From NCBI GenBank assembly GCA_028534125.1, contig CM052817.1, forward strand, positions 98,148,001-98,212,000: a stretch of 64,000 bases of DNA, in the 5' to 3' direction. The notes beneath the pieces were generated by a model. It was not told the DNA's origin. It ran no database searches and saw only the letters and a list, made by a program, of their open reading frames with translations. Made by a program: the position numbers and the translations under genes. The DNA comes from Lama glama (lineage: Eukaryota). Positions 51,182 to 64,000 of this stretch are shown here, one piece after another (positions within the stretch are counted from its first letter, which is position 1; each line of letters begins with the position of its first letter).

Positions 51182-53049
51182 TCCCTTCGGAAACCTTGCG
51201 GTCATGCTTCTTAATCTTTTAATATTATTACTCTCCTCTTAGAACAGGACTGTTGTTTCCTGGTAGTTTTTGTCTCAGCATAAACATTCCCCAGTTTGAG
51301 GGTTTTCCAGGACCTTCAGAAATCAGAAAGAAAACTTACAAGCCTTTGCCACCTGATTCTTTCTTCAAGAGAAATCCATCAAATGATCTCTGCACTAAAA
51401 CAAACTGTTAAGGGTTTCGGGTAAGAAAATGGAGGAAAAAAGGGAAATTTGATCAGGAAGATGTTTCCCGCTAGCTCCCTACAGCTTCCAGCTCTCAGGA
51501 ACCAAATGACAAAATCTCAAGCATCCTTGCAATATTTAAAAGCTTATCAGGAGCTAGAAAAGTGTTGATGTAGAGCCGGGCATCCGTTGTGCGACCACAA
51601 TAACAAAGTGTGGGGCTAAAATAGAATTTGTTCCTTCCTGCCTGTGTGTCTTTCCTCTTTCATCCTGGAAGCACACAATTCCACCAGTGGGTTAGTTTCC
51701 AAAACTAAAAACAGGCAGAACATGCGAGGCAAAATGCTAAGCCGTGCTTGGTAAAGTCTCTTTGGTTCTCCTGCCTTCTGCCAGTGTCTTTATTGTTTCC
51801 TGATCATGTTTGAATACAGTCTTGACTGTTTTTTTTCCCCCAGCCTTGGAAGGACTTGGTCACTCTAGAAAAATGAGTTTTTGAAATACAGGGAGCACGT
51901 GAGATATAGTGTAATGATTCTTACAGGATCCAAGCTCCAGCAAAGGATTAGAGGGGAAATAAATCAAACCAATGCCATTCACACCTGCCAGATTTTTGGT
52001 CAACTCGTGTGCCAAATATTTGACAGGATCGTGATGAATGAACAATGAGAATCTTTAGAAAACATTAAAAACTGCTTTATTCTGAGAGTCTCTCAGCACA
52101 CGGACAAAACAAACCTGGGACATTAGATCCACATTTCTATTTCCGGAAAATAGAGAATCACAGAGCTACCAGTCCTCAGGCTGGTACGGTTAGCACAGTG
52201 GATGCAAGTAGAGGGACCCTCATTTGCAGGGCCCTCAGAGACTCTGGGCCTGGCCTGGCTGCACTGCTGGTCTGGAGTGCTGCTTGAGAGTCAGGGGAGC
52301 AGCAGGGAAGCTATAATCACTTTATGGGACTGGATTCGTACGAACCCATGGGCGCGAACTCCGTGGGAACCGGTCAGAATCAATCCTGTATTCCTTTCTT
52401 GCAACAAACGCATTTCTTGGTTTACACTAGACACGAAATGGACTTCAAGACCTAGTAGGAACCAGGACCAGACACGTTCCTCTTAAGGACTTAGAATCAA
52501 ATCCTAGATTTCCCCAAGGACCAAACCAACTTACAAGGTGGGTGGGAGAGATGGGTTGGAGGTGAAGTGTATCCTTGGACTCAGGCCAAATTTGTAATCG
52601 AGAATCCATCCTACCAATGTCTGTAAATGTGCTTTTCTAGGCTCCTTTGCTGTGAAGTCTTGGAGTGGCTAAACGGTTGTCAGCGGATTTCAGTTCCGCT
52701 GCTCTTCGTGATGACCATGTGGAAGGTGACAGATAAGAGGGCAGGGCACACCCTCCACCTGAAATCAAACATTCTTTCTGCTCTCTGCACCGCATCAATA
52801 TGAAGAAGACCGTGGTGGCAGAGCAAGGATTATGATCTAAAGGGGAGGAAAATACGGAGCTGCCCTCTCTGCCTTAGAGCTTCAAAGTGCACATAAATAA
52901 TTCAAAACTTAGATTATTAACTTGCTTCTAAAGTTAACTTTGGCTAGAAATCCAGCATGCCAGTATAAATAAAAGAACTTTTCCTCAAAGAGAATCAGAA
53001 AACATGGAAAACACAGAGAGCTATTTTCAGATTTATTTTGAGCAAAGAA

Positions 53050-55900
53050 CTTTAAATTCTTACAGATTATAAAAGTAATGCATGCTCCCCAGGTAAAAGA
53101 AATTTAAGGCAATACATGAGGATGTAATATGCTGCCCTCCTTTCCCCACTCTGCTCTCTTCTTCTGAATCCAATTCTCTAGAGATAAGAACTTAGCAATC
53201 TGATGGATAGCCTTATGTAAATGTCTCTGTGAATAAACATCTCCTATCCAACTGAATTACAGTAGTTAGATTATACAATAGAGGATATCCTATGGACTTT
53301 TCATTTAGCAATTTACCATGGACCTTTTCCAAAACAGAATATGTAAATCTACTTCACTATTTTTAACCACTGCATAATATTCTAGTATGTGCATTGTAAC
53401 AAAATTTATTTAACCAGTCCCTAATGATGAAACATTTAGGTTGCTCCAAATTTCATCTTTTTTTAAAAAAAAGAACACAAACACTGCCTACACACCCAAT
53501 GTGCATTATATACTGTTTTCCCTTATAGACTTCTTCTTAAATTGTAATTTATAATTAAAGGGGCACTGGCAATTAAAATATTAACATATGTTAGCAAATT
53601 GCTCCCAAAAAGGTTATATTGAACTCATTTATAATCCAATCCAAGCAGTACTCTGAGTGTCCAGTTCCTTTACTCTCCCAGACTAGAGAGTGCCAACCAT
53701 TCTGTCTTTTACCAACCAGATAGATAAACAGTCACGTCTCCTTGTTGTTTCAACTCTTGTTTGTTCAGTGAAATTGAACACATTGGATGTTGGGTATTTG
53801 TACCTCTTGCTCCATAAGTCGCCTGTACATAGAGCCTTTCCTCATTTAAGAAAAGTTTTCTTTATCATATCGATATGCAACAGCTCCTTTTATTTGAAGG
53901 ATATTATGCTCACTTTATGTGCTGTATGCTGTGAATGCATTTTGTTATTATTATTTCTGGAGTTTCTTGATTCATGCAGAAGTTTTAAATTGGGATGTAG
54001 TAAAAATAAATCTGTTCTCTTCTTTATGATTTCTAGATTTTTTTTTTCTCAGGCTTGGGATATTCTTCCCTAATTCAAGATTATCATAATAATCAGTTGC
54101 ATCTCATCTCAATATTTCTACTAATTTTTAAAGAACACTTAAACCTTTAACTCATCCAGAATTCATCCTGATGTTAATTTTGAGGTAGGGCTCCAATTGT
54201 ATTATTACTTTTTTAAATGGCTTTGTCACTGTACAAAACATCAGCAACTGAATAATTATTTTCCTGGGGATTTGCAATGCCAACTTTATCACACAGCGAA
54301 TGCCAGTAAAGGTTTTAATCAGTTTGTTGATTATTCTGCAACATTGGATTATCTGTTCTCTTTCTGTTACCACACGATTTTAATTGTGGTAGCTTTACGA
54401 AAACAATTTAAAATCCGACATGGATATTTCCTCCCGATTATTCTTCCTTTCCAGCATTTTCCATCCACGTCTCAGATACTTATACTTTTGGATGAAATTC
54501 ATGAAGTTTAAAAAAAGTTGGGTTGTGATTCACATTGGGATTTTATTTACTTCATAGATTAATTTAAGAAGAATTTGTATCATTACAGTATTGAATCTTC
54601 CTATACAAAAACAAGAGTTGTCTCTGCTTTTAAAAAACATTATTTCTCACACTTGTGGCTTATCATGTGCTTACAAGAGGTGCTATGCAGTTTTTTCTAT
54701 ATCCGTAGATAATTTTGTTGTTTCTTAATTGGAATAAACAACTGGAATATTTTTATTTAATCTTCTTTGCTAACTGCTTATAGGCATTTGTATGGTAATT
54801 TTTAACTAGTATCCGACTAAATTTTAAAAATGCACAGTATTTTTGCCTGATAGTATTTTTAATCCCTTCCATGCATGCAGTCATAATACAATCTGCAAAT
54901 AATCTGCCCTACTTGAATATAAGCTTCAAGGGTACAACCAGCCTATAGTTGCTCAGTATCCACAGATGACTGATTGATCCCAGGATGCCCACAGATACCA
55001 AAACCCACAGATGCTCAAGTCCTTTATGTAAAACGACATATTATTTGCATAAAATCGATATACATCCTCCCAGATACTTTAAATCACCTCCAGGTTACTT
55101 ATAATACCGAATACAATGTAAATGCTATGTAAGTAGTTGTAAATACAATGTAAATGCTGTATGAATAGTTGCTGGCATGCGACAAACTCAAGTTTTGCTT
55201 TGGGGAACTTCCAGAAACTGTTCTCCCTAATACCTCCCCTTGGAGCTTGGCTGAAACTGTGGTGCGGATCTCGTGGACACGGAGGGCTGACTGTGAATTT
55301 TAACATTATTCTATGGCTGACAGTGGGCTCTCCATCAATATTTGTGGAATAAATGGAAGAAATCTGCACCAACATTTCACATGTTTCTTCATGAGTTTTA
55401 AGCACTCCCGATAATAGCGGGCACCCCTGTTACACTTCTGACTTCAACTGTAATACTTCAAGTGCTTCCCTTCTTGACTCTCTAGTTGGCATACACATTT
55501 TTTCACGTGAGGGAAATTTCTATTCCTGTTTCTCTAAGACCTTTTCTTCTTGAATCAGGAGTGGGTAATGAAATTTTTCAAATGTCATATCAGCATATGT
55601 TGAAACCCTCATTTGTTTTTTCCTCCTTTAACTCATTAATATGCTGAATATTATTAATGCCTCTTAAAACGTTGAATCAGTTTGGATTTCTGGGTTGAAT
55701 CCCAATTGACCATGGTGAATTATTCTTTTAATGAGCTGCTGAATTCTATTTGCTGATATTTTATTTAGAATTTGCATCAATATTTCTGAGTGAGATTGGT
55801 CCTTAGTTTTCTTTTTGGTACATTTTTTGGACATCAGCAGTATGGGCCTCAGACAGAGGCATGGGAAATTCACTTTCTTTCTTTCTTTGTGTTTCAGAAC
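53050..55900 (-). mobile_element. ancient degenerate L1 (L1ME-like), interrupted by MER2
   Basis: T-rich; ORF 55664-55873 contains RT-like ILNKISANRIQQLIKRIIHHGQLGFNPEIQ; 3' UTR-like tttatttaaccagtccc..gatgaaacatttaggttg. Confidence 0.7.
54946..55293 (+). mobile_element. MER2-like TcMar-Tigger element
   Basis: ctcagtatccacag...gataccaaaacccacagatgctcaagtcc...tacttataataccgaatacaatgtaaatgctatgtaa...ggacacggagggctgactg. Confidence 0.8.
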
Positions 55901-57488
55901 AGTTTAAATAGCAGCCAACCATTTCTGACTTGGAGCACTCCTCCCAACTCTGCTAGTCTGAAGAAAAGTTAATCTCAGTCCTTTTAGGGCAAATCCTCTT
56001 TTTTCCCAGATTTGAGCTACTGTCCTGGTATCTGACCCTTTCAGTTTTGGCAGGGTTTTGTGGCTTGTCAAAAAATCTTTTAAAATTACTATGTGTTTGT
56101 CCTAGATACACACGTTCTTGAGTGCTTGAGAAACTTTTCCTTTCTTGTGCGTATTAAATTTGAGTTTCATCCTGTGATTCTCTTTTCTGTGTGCCACATG
56201 TTTATTTTGACAGCTCTAGTTGGTATAAACATGTGTTGCCTTTTATTAAAGATCTTGATTAAACAAGATCTCTTTTTTTTTGCTATAATTAAACATTTCA
56301 AGAGATATCCACGAAGATCATATGTCATTCAACTTCAATACATTTATTGCAATAATCTTGAAACACTACTGTTTATCCTTTGAGAGCTATAAGGTAAAAT
56401 CAGATTGGGGTGACCAAAAATGCACTGGTACATGATGCTTCATATTCTGACATTGTGACAGTATGTACAGACACTGTTAAACAGACCAGACTATTTAAAC
56501 CTGTTTGGGGATAAACTCTCCTCTACTGTCCAGGTATGGGACAGTAACAAGTGAGGTGACACTGGCTTCTGGAATTCCATTATGCCAGAATACTGAGGTC
56601 TTATTGAATATCAAAATAACAGCATTTTGTTGTTGTAATATTGTTATTCTGGTATTTTTAAAAACCTGAAATCTGGATCTTTTCTTCCTTAAAATGTCTC
56701 CATAGTATTATATGCCACATTAAATTTTCAACTGGAATTAAAGTATTTTCCTTCCAAAGCATCCCTCATTGCTTAAAACCCACCCAAATCATCTTACTTT
56801 TTTAATTCCAAGGACTTATGTTACCAATGAGGTTAAGCAAATTATATTTATTGTCTACTTCTATTTTTTGTGGAGTCAGTTTAGATTTCTTCTGCATCTG
56901 AAGGATCCCAAAGGGATTTAAGGAAGATGGGGGAAGCCCATGGGAAGAACTGGGAAGGACAGTGTAGACAGGAGTGGATAGAAGGTCCAGGCCCCAATTT
57001 AAGCCCTTGCCCTGTTGCTTGACTGCACCTTGCCTCCAAGACTGGATTCCTGCTGCTCTCATGTCTTCCCACACAAGCAGGTCTAATGTCTAAGTCTTTC
57101 CCTTGATTTGATCATTGATTTTAACCAAGGACTTCTTTCTAGTCACCTGACTAAGACTCAGGCATGAAGGACAGAAGGAATTCATCCCTGGATCTCAAGC
57201 TTTTCTTAGAGGGAATAACTTATGGGACCAAAGTAAAGGAGACTGTGGCAATGGCATCTCACTTTTAAAAGTAAGTATCAAAAGCATACATCAAAGTAAG
57301 TATACATTTTGTTCTCATATTGAAATCACTAAGTACTCTGATGGACAAGATCAAATACTAAGTTTTTGAGCTTCTCTTTCCTGTATTTTCCAAGTAGTCT
57401 GTATCAATGGGTAAAATCCTATAGTGTTGACAGTGAGTTTGAGAGCAACTCAGGAGGGTCTAAGATATTGTGGGCAAATGTAAGCATG

Positions 57489-57516
<28 letters not shown>
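57489..57516. repeat. (CA)14 microsatellite
   Basis: read directly from the sequence. Confidence 0.95.
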
Positions 57517-57519
<3 letters not shown>

Positions 57520-57689
57520 AAAAGCCAAAGTATTAACATCAGGCAAATGTCTTTGGCAAAAGGAACCTATAGCTCTCCTGCAACTGTTGCATACATGATG
57601 TGATCAAAAAGGGAGATGTAACTGTTACCTGACTTTAATAAATTCTCAAACGTAAGAAAACTAAGTAAGAAGAACAGGGCATTTAAGTT

Positions 57690-58290
57690 ATAAGGAAATG
57701 TTATCAGACCCAGGGACCATGGCAGGAAGAGAGAGAAGGGAAGAATGAGAGATGACACGACTGAATGAAGGTCAGTGGACTGGAAGTTTCAGTAGGTTGA
57801 CAACCAGTCTTGGTGGACGTTGGAACCTCACAGGAATTTTATTTGGAGAAGAGAGCAACTGGTTGCCCCCATGCACAATGAATGAGGATGAGTTGACCTG
57901 AGTAAGAAAGACAACAGCTAGAAGAGGAAAGCATCTTATACAAATGTTAACTAGAGTGGAAGGTTAGTGGTTTGAAAGAGGCAAAGGGGAGCAATAACCC
58001 CACCATCTGTGACCAAAGTGTATGAGAAGCGAGGGGATAAACTGCTGCCACTTGAGATCCACCCACGGATGCTGGTCCTCGGGGCAGAGGTGGGTTTTAT
58101 TGAAGCAGACAGAGAAGAAAGTAGGTGGAGAAATATTTGAGGTATGAAGAACAGCTGATAACTATGGAAAGATAGTCCCAGGGGACATGGAAGAGGCCTT
58201 TGGGAGTTGGAGAAAACTGAAGACTTGAACATAAAGCCTTGTGGCAAAAAGAGGGTGGTAGCTAATATCAGAGGTGTCAACTGACCAAAT
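57690..58290 (-). mobile_element. probable L2 fragment
   Basis: purine-rich degenerate tract with L2-like character; family assignment is weak. Confidence 0.35.
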
Positions 58291-58505
58291 CACACATAGG
58301 CAATGTGTTCATTTAGTCTCATTTTGAGGGGGTAGAAAACGTGTCTGATGCGCAAAGGCCTTGGCATTAAAGATGCTCTGTTGTCTGCCATATATAAAAT
58401 CAGTATTCAATATTAGTGATGTAAAACCAGCAATCATACAGAAAACAACGTAATTTCAATGAACTCTCTTTTATCTATGACTTATCCATTCTAAGTGGGT
58501 ATCTA

Positions 58506-59185
58506 TGACATCATAGAAATTTATGTGGTTTATATCTCTGGTTCCTTTGTTCCCAACTGCTAAAACCCTTGGGATTTCCTGAGTGATAAGGGTGATAGGA
58601 TTGTCTGATGTTCTAATGAGGCTACCCTTGTTGGGTCCCCAGACAGCTTCAAGATGAGGGCTTGATTAGAAACTTCGAACTTGGAATCCTGCTCCCCAAC
58701 CTCTGGGTAGGGGAGAGGCTGGAGACCGACTTAATCATCAGTGGCTAGTGATGGAATCAATTATGTCCACTTAATGACAGCTCCATGAAACTCACCCCAC
58801 CCCCTCATGGCAGGGTTTGGAGGGCTTTTGGTATGGTGAATGCATCTGTGTGCTGAGAGGGTGGCACACCCCAGTTCCAGAAGATCCTATGCTGAGAACC
58901 CTTCTGAATGTCATTCAATGTACTTCTTCCCCTGGCTCATTTATATTCTTTATAACAAATTGCTAAATATAAGGACCATCTTCCTGAGTTCTGTAGTCAC
59001 TTTGGCAGATTATTGGACCTGAATAAGGGGTCATGGGAGCCCCTCATTTATAGCCAGTTGGTCAGAAGTACAAGTGGCCCAAGACTTCCAACTGATGTCT
59101 GAATTGAACTGAATTGTTGTACACCTAGTTAATGTCAGAAGTTGAGAGAAGTCGTACCAGGGAAACACCATATATGTGGCATCAG
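58506..59185 (+). mobile_element. MER21-like ERVL LTR
   Basis: ctgctaaaacccttgggatttcctgagtgataag...gacagcttcaagatgaggg...tttatagccagttggtcagaagtaca. Confidence 0.75.
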
Positions 59186-59855
59186 GAGGAAAAAATCCTC
59201 TCTCAGGTACTACTTTAGTCCTAGCCTGAACAATACAGAATGAAGTAAAATGGAATACCAGTTACACTGAGACGAGCTCTCTGGTTCCCTCTACATGGAA
59301 ATTCAGCGATGGACTCCAATTCCAAAGTCAAATAGCAGCGCCTCATCCCTATAGTTTTGGTACTATTTCCAGGATTAGAGTATAATAACTTTATTTAGCT
59401 TGTAAATCTCAGGATCCTTCTGAGGTCAAGCTAGTTAGGAGGCTTCTACTGAAACGGGTAACATTCTTAGACTGCGCTGTAATATTCCAGAATACGGCGT
59501 GAGGTGGGGGGCACAGGGTGCCGTCCAGCCGTATAAGCCCCACGTGAAATGCATGTATCTTTGGTTTCTATCACAATTATGGTGTGAATTTCAACTGATC
59601 AACAAAGACAGCTGCCTGAGCCCTTGAACATCTTTCTGAGATGAAATGTAAAGGAATGAATCACCTCCTCAGAGTCAAAAAGTGTGACAATGCAGAAACT
59701 GAGGGACTTCCTCCTACAGACGTTGTCTTTGTAGATGATGCTGTAGGTTTTCATTGAAACATACATGTGCGGTAGCAGTCAGTGAGCACTGACCTCATCT
59801 TTGTCCTTTCTCAATTCAAATAAATACCCTGAAGCAAGTCTTATTCTCAGATATT

Positions 59856-59899
59856 TTATAAGTAAGAAGTTCCTGGAATATTCCTGGGTTTGTCTATGT
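59856..59899 (-). CDS. candidate terminal coding exon of an unidentified gene ((D)IDKPRNIPGTSYL*)
   Basis: acceptor ctcctttttctttcaaaag|; in phase with candidate exon 60927-60982; stop TAA at 59858-59856; AATAAA on the minus strand at 59390-59395. Confidence 0.35.
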
Positions 59900-60665
59900 C
59901 TTTTGAAAGAAAAAGGAGCACGACAGTTTCCATCTACAGTGCTGTGAGAGCGCATTTTCCTCAATAATTTTCCTATGCAGCAAATTTGGAATAAAGAGGA
60001 AAATTTTAACCTGAGTATTTTCTACTTGACAGCGAATTATTAAACAGAACACACAAATGCCAATGTGAATCTCCTATGTTCATTAGAAGATTTTGGAGGA
60101 CATTCTAAAAAGTTAAAATTAAATCTACTGCAATTCTACCCAGTCAACATGCTGACAAAAATTTTCCATATGGCAGGTTAATCATATATTTAAAGATAGA
60201 AATCCTTAGCACATAGACCTTTAAATTATCAAGAATATTTCTACTCATGTTATTAGCCAATAATATACTGAATTGTCTAAGCATTGTTCAGAATTAGTAG
60301 GTATATCTTAGGAAAAAAAAATTACGATCATTAGCCGTGATTTTACATTGAAAAATGAAAGCTGAGGTGCTGATATAACTTTCTTAATAAATGATAAGAT
60401 ACCTCTCCAATTTCTGTCACTTAACTATTTCTCTTCTATTCTATATTGAATTTCAATCTGTAACATATGCACTTTAAATGGGATGCCAGAGATATGTGAA
60501 TATGTGAACAGGTGTTGCTGTTAAAATTAGAACAAGAAAATGAAAAAAGAAAGAAGGATTTATCACATTTCAGCTCACATTAGCATAAAATCACAATGGA
60601 ATTTATTTTTTGTTTGAGGTGGGTCCTATGGCAATCTGACCGATGACTACATTGCTCACACCTAC

Positions 60666-60722
60666 GTAAATCAGCAGACTTTTAACACTTCAGTGTGCAT
60701 CGGTGGGCATGTGTCAACTTCA
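60666..60722 (-). other. candidate 57-nt alternative or stop-containing exon
   Basis: ccttttcttttttcatag| ... tttac|gtaggt; stop codons in all three frames. Confidence 0.25.
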
Positions 60723-60926
60723 CTATGAAAAAAGAAAAGGTACTGGTGTTTTGAAAGGCACATGCTAAACACACACACAAACAAAAAACAAAACCAGCAA
60801 CAGCAACAAAAAAGAACAAGAAAGCTAATACCAAAACATTGCTTAAAACGGTGACTATCTCTTATTAGCAGTTTGTATTGTATTATACTAAGAGGTGAAT
60901 TAGAATCTCTGAAAATATTCACTTAC

Positions 60927-60982
60927 CAGGTATAAGGTAATCCACAAACATGGGATACACATGCCCGGGTGCTTTTGGAGGG
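60927..60982 (-). CDS. candidate 56-nt internal coding exon (PPKAPGHVYPMFVDYLIP)
   Basis: acceptor tctctcttatttcttatatttag|, donor ctg|gtaagt; open reading; more GC-rich than its flanks; lies in non-repeat DNA. Confidence 0.45.
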
Positions 60983-62699
60983 CTAAATATAAGAAATAAG
61001 AGAGATCATGGTAATATAAAATTCTGAAGGTTAGAAGAATTTAAAATCAAATACAACTTTAAAATCAAACTAAAACATTCCTAAAAACACCATAATATAA
61101 AGCCTTTTTTTGCCCGTATATTAACACTTTTTTTTCATGTAAAATCGTTATCTCTGTGTAGTATGCATGCTACTCTAAGCCGCTGTAAATAAGGGGCATC
61201 TCACTTTTAAGTGTCCTACGAGGACCCTAGAGAAATTCCACACTCTCATTGGTTTTCAGGAAGAAAACTAATACAATAATTTCAATATACAAAAGGATGT
61301 TATTTTGTTTTTCTCAGAGCATCTGATGCAACTGGACCAAATTAAAAAAAAATCAAAGTATTAGGGATGGTCCCACCTCAATGGAAGAGAGTTGGTTGTG
61401 TTTTCCTTTAATACACAGTACTTCCATTGATACCAGACCTGGCAGCTTCTCAGAAATGCATGGAAAACGCAACAAATGTGAATCAGGTTTTCTTGTAGAT
61501 CTCCATCAAGCTTGGACCACTTCCAGAATTCCATCTACTGTTAATGAAAGGACTCTACTGTCTCTCACAGCAGATACTCTTGCTCAGCCAAGCTTGCTGA
61601 AGTTTTGCCTTATGCAAAATGGCAGAAACATATTTTTCCAATATGTGCCCACCTCAATAAGGGACTAGCTTAGCAGCATTGACTCTAACTTTTCCAATCA
61701 TTCAATAATTCGAGTCTTAAGGCTTTGCCAGTCATGTTGAAATGTGTTTGCTCATTACTATTTTAGAACATTTCCAAAGAGACATTTGTTTTTCTCTTTT
61801 GGGGGAGAGAGAGATTGGGGTAACTGCAGCATGGTGAAGAATAGAAAACCACATCTGTATTACCATTTTCTCTTTCTCTTATCAAGTGTTATGAGTATCT
61901 CCATGACAAGACAGTGAATAATAGATATTGGCAAAAAGTGGCATTTCCCACCAGATAACCCCAATTTAAAACAGGATATCCTGGTCTCTCAACTGCCTGA
62001 TGAAAACTCTCTTTGGATGAAATAGACCATATGTTTTCCAGGATGAAAAACAAAGATGTGAAGGATTTGGTGGGAAGTTATTAGACATTCCTTGCAGGGA
62101 TGAAGGAAAACAGCAGAAGCAACTTTGAACCGTCCTCTGAAGGAGTGTGTCATAACAAATTTAGGGAATGATAATCCAAGCCACAGAGAAATATTTAGCT
62201 AGTGGAAGAGAGAATACATTTTCTAACCATGAAGCTATTTAACATTTAGTTCCGTGGAGCGAAAATTTATAGGGGAAGTTCTTTAGCTTCCCTGCTGGGC
62301 TAATTCCCTGAGGGTGTCTCTTCAACTCTTATCTTAAAACACACCACTGAATCTTGGAATGGTAATGATTTTCATTGCTTTTATGGGGATTTGTCAATTT
62401 TTTTTTCAAGTTTGAGTATGTGAATTATTTATTTCCTTAAAATAACTAGGGAAATAGTCACAGATACTCTTCAACAACTATTTTCTCGTTCTGAATTCAT
62501 TTAGAAATAATATTTGCCTAGTACCATGGCATATACAACTATAAAAGGAAAAGTCATTAATAAACTGAAAATGACTTGTATACCCCGAGCACAAACATGA
62601 TCTTACCAGGAATTTTCATTAGGAATTGTCATCTAATGTTGGTAATGCACAGTGTGCCTCCTGTCACTACTAATCGATATTATAAGATCTTTATTTCTT

Positions 62700-63890
62700 A
62701 AGTTAACTAACATGTATCAGGTGCTTTCTACACACTCAGCACTGTACTAGGCACTGAAGAACCAGAGATGATCAAGAAAAAAAAATCTACGAAGTATAGT
62801 ATATTGTAACGACTAATTTCGTTAAAGAGCTAAAGGTAATAAATCATCTTCTGATAAGCAGACATTTATTAAGTACCTAATATGTTCCAGAAACTGTGAC
62901 TAGTTCCTGCAGATTTTACAGTGACTAAGAAAGACATGATTGCTACCCCCACAGATCACACAGTGTAGCACAAGAGGAAGTCAGTTTAAAATAATTGTGA
63001 TGAAATGTGACAAATGCCGACAAGGAAGTAAAGATTACTAATAGGCATGCACAACTGCCCACCAAATCATTTGAGGTAATCAAGCAGTGAAGGCTTCTGG
63101 GAGGAAATGTCTATGTTGGGACCTAGAGAATTATTAGCAGTTACAAGGTCAAGGCAGGGTGCAGAGTGGAAAGGGAGCATTACAGGCAGAGAAAAACGTG
63201 AAGATGCTGGAGACCAGTCTTGAAGAGTGGAAGTAAGGAGAACTGAGGATCAGGAGAAGCAGGGGCTGGATTGTAAAGGACCTTGATCACTACCTTAATT
63301 GGATTGGTCTTTATTTTAAGATCAATGAGCACTCGTTTCAGGTTGTAAGTATAGGAACAAGTTATCAGACTTACCCTTGGGAATATTACAGTGGCTGCTC
63401 TGGGGAAAATGGATTGAGCAGAAAGCAGGGAGATCAATTAGGCTTTTGTAACAGAAATTCAGGTAAGAATAATGATGGTCCACACTAGGGCAGTGTGGGT
63501 GCAAAAAAATGATGCATTTTAAAAATATTTAGAAAACACAATGGTGGATCTAAGAAACTGGTAAATGTGGAAAGAAAGTGAAAAAGACAAAGCTAGAATA
63601 ACTCTGGTTTTCTGATTTAAGCAACTAGTATGAAGGTGCCAATTGTATATCCAGGCAATCAAGAAGGATGAATGATTTTAGAAGGTGGAAAGGTGGGAGT
63701 TGAGTTTGGGATAGGCTGGATTTCAGAGGCAGGTGCGCTCACTCTCTAAGTCATAATATCTAATAGGCAAATAATCTAAGAAGGATGAAAGAGGATTGAA
63801 TTAGAAGAATAAGTACAGGAGTCAGTACTCTTACACCAGTAGGATGTGCTATCATGGGAGCCAAGGGAAGAGAGTGTTTCAGTAACAGTC
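62700..63890 (-). mobile_element. L2 LINE fragments (two 3' ends plus body)
   Basis: cagcactgtactaggcactgaaga; cagacatttattaagtacctaatatgttccag; ctctggttttctgatttaagcaact; gggagccaagggaagagagtgtttca. Confidence 0.75.
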
Positions 63891-64000
63891 ATTATTAGCG
63901 ATCCACAACTCTCCACCTGCGAGCTTTCTCCCCCGCTGGCTATGAGCGTGCACTGGACCTAAAGGCAGAGCAGCTCTAAAAGTATCAAGGAAGTAACAGC

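Noticed and set aside
59793..59899. Alternative fully open frame (HRQTQEYSRNFLLIKYLRIRLASGYLFELRKDKDE) ending at a gag|gtcagt donor
   Set aside because: Joining it in this phase to exon 60927-60982 creates TGA at the junction; not excluded with another upstream exon but unsupported here.
1..64000. A novel multi-gene or prokaryote-type system (CRISPR, defence island, operon)
   Set aside because: The sequence is repeat-rich mammalian non-coding DNA with no long ORFs, arrays or gene clusters.

Overview
This is mammalian, not microbial, genomic DNA: AT-rich, CpG-depleted and dominated by interspersed repeats (young and old L1, L2, MIR, MaLR/ERV LTRs, and hAT and TcMar DNA transposons). A short tRNA-Ala-derived SINE with an 11-bp target-site duplication (TSD) resembles camelid vic-1, so the source is probably a camel or alpaca (inference). 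None of the supplied ORFs is a convincing intact gene; the recognisable ones are decayed L1 ORF1/ORF2 pieces. The only gene-like signal is a set of short minus-strand candidate exons near 59.9-61.0 kb that would encode a C-terminus I could not identify, plus an isolated 32-nt candidate micro-exon at 19.85 kb. The most unusual observations are: poly(A)-tailed LTR fragments that lack U5 and look L1-retroposed; an 82-bp local templated insertion; L1 inversion structures; an orphan tailed insert inside an old L1; and a strong CTCF motif with its upstream module. I found no evidence of a new multi-gene system. Repeat family names come from recalled consensus similarity rather than a search, and repeat boundaries are approximate unless a TSD is quoted.
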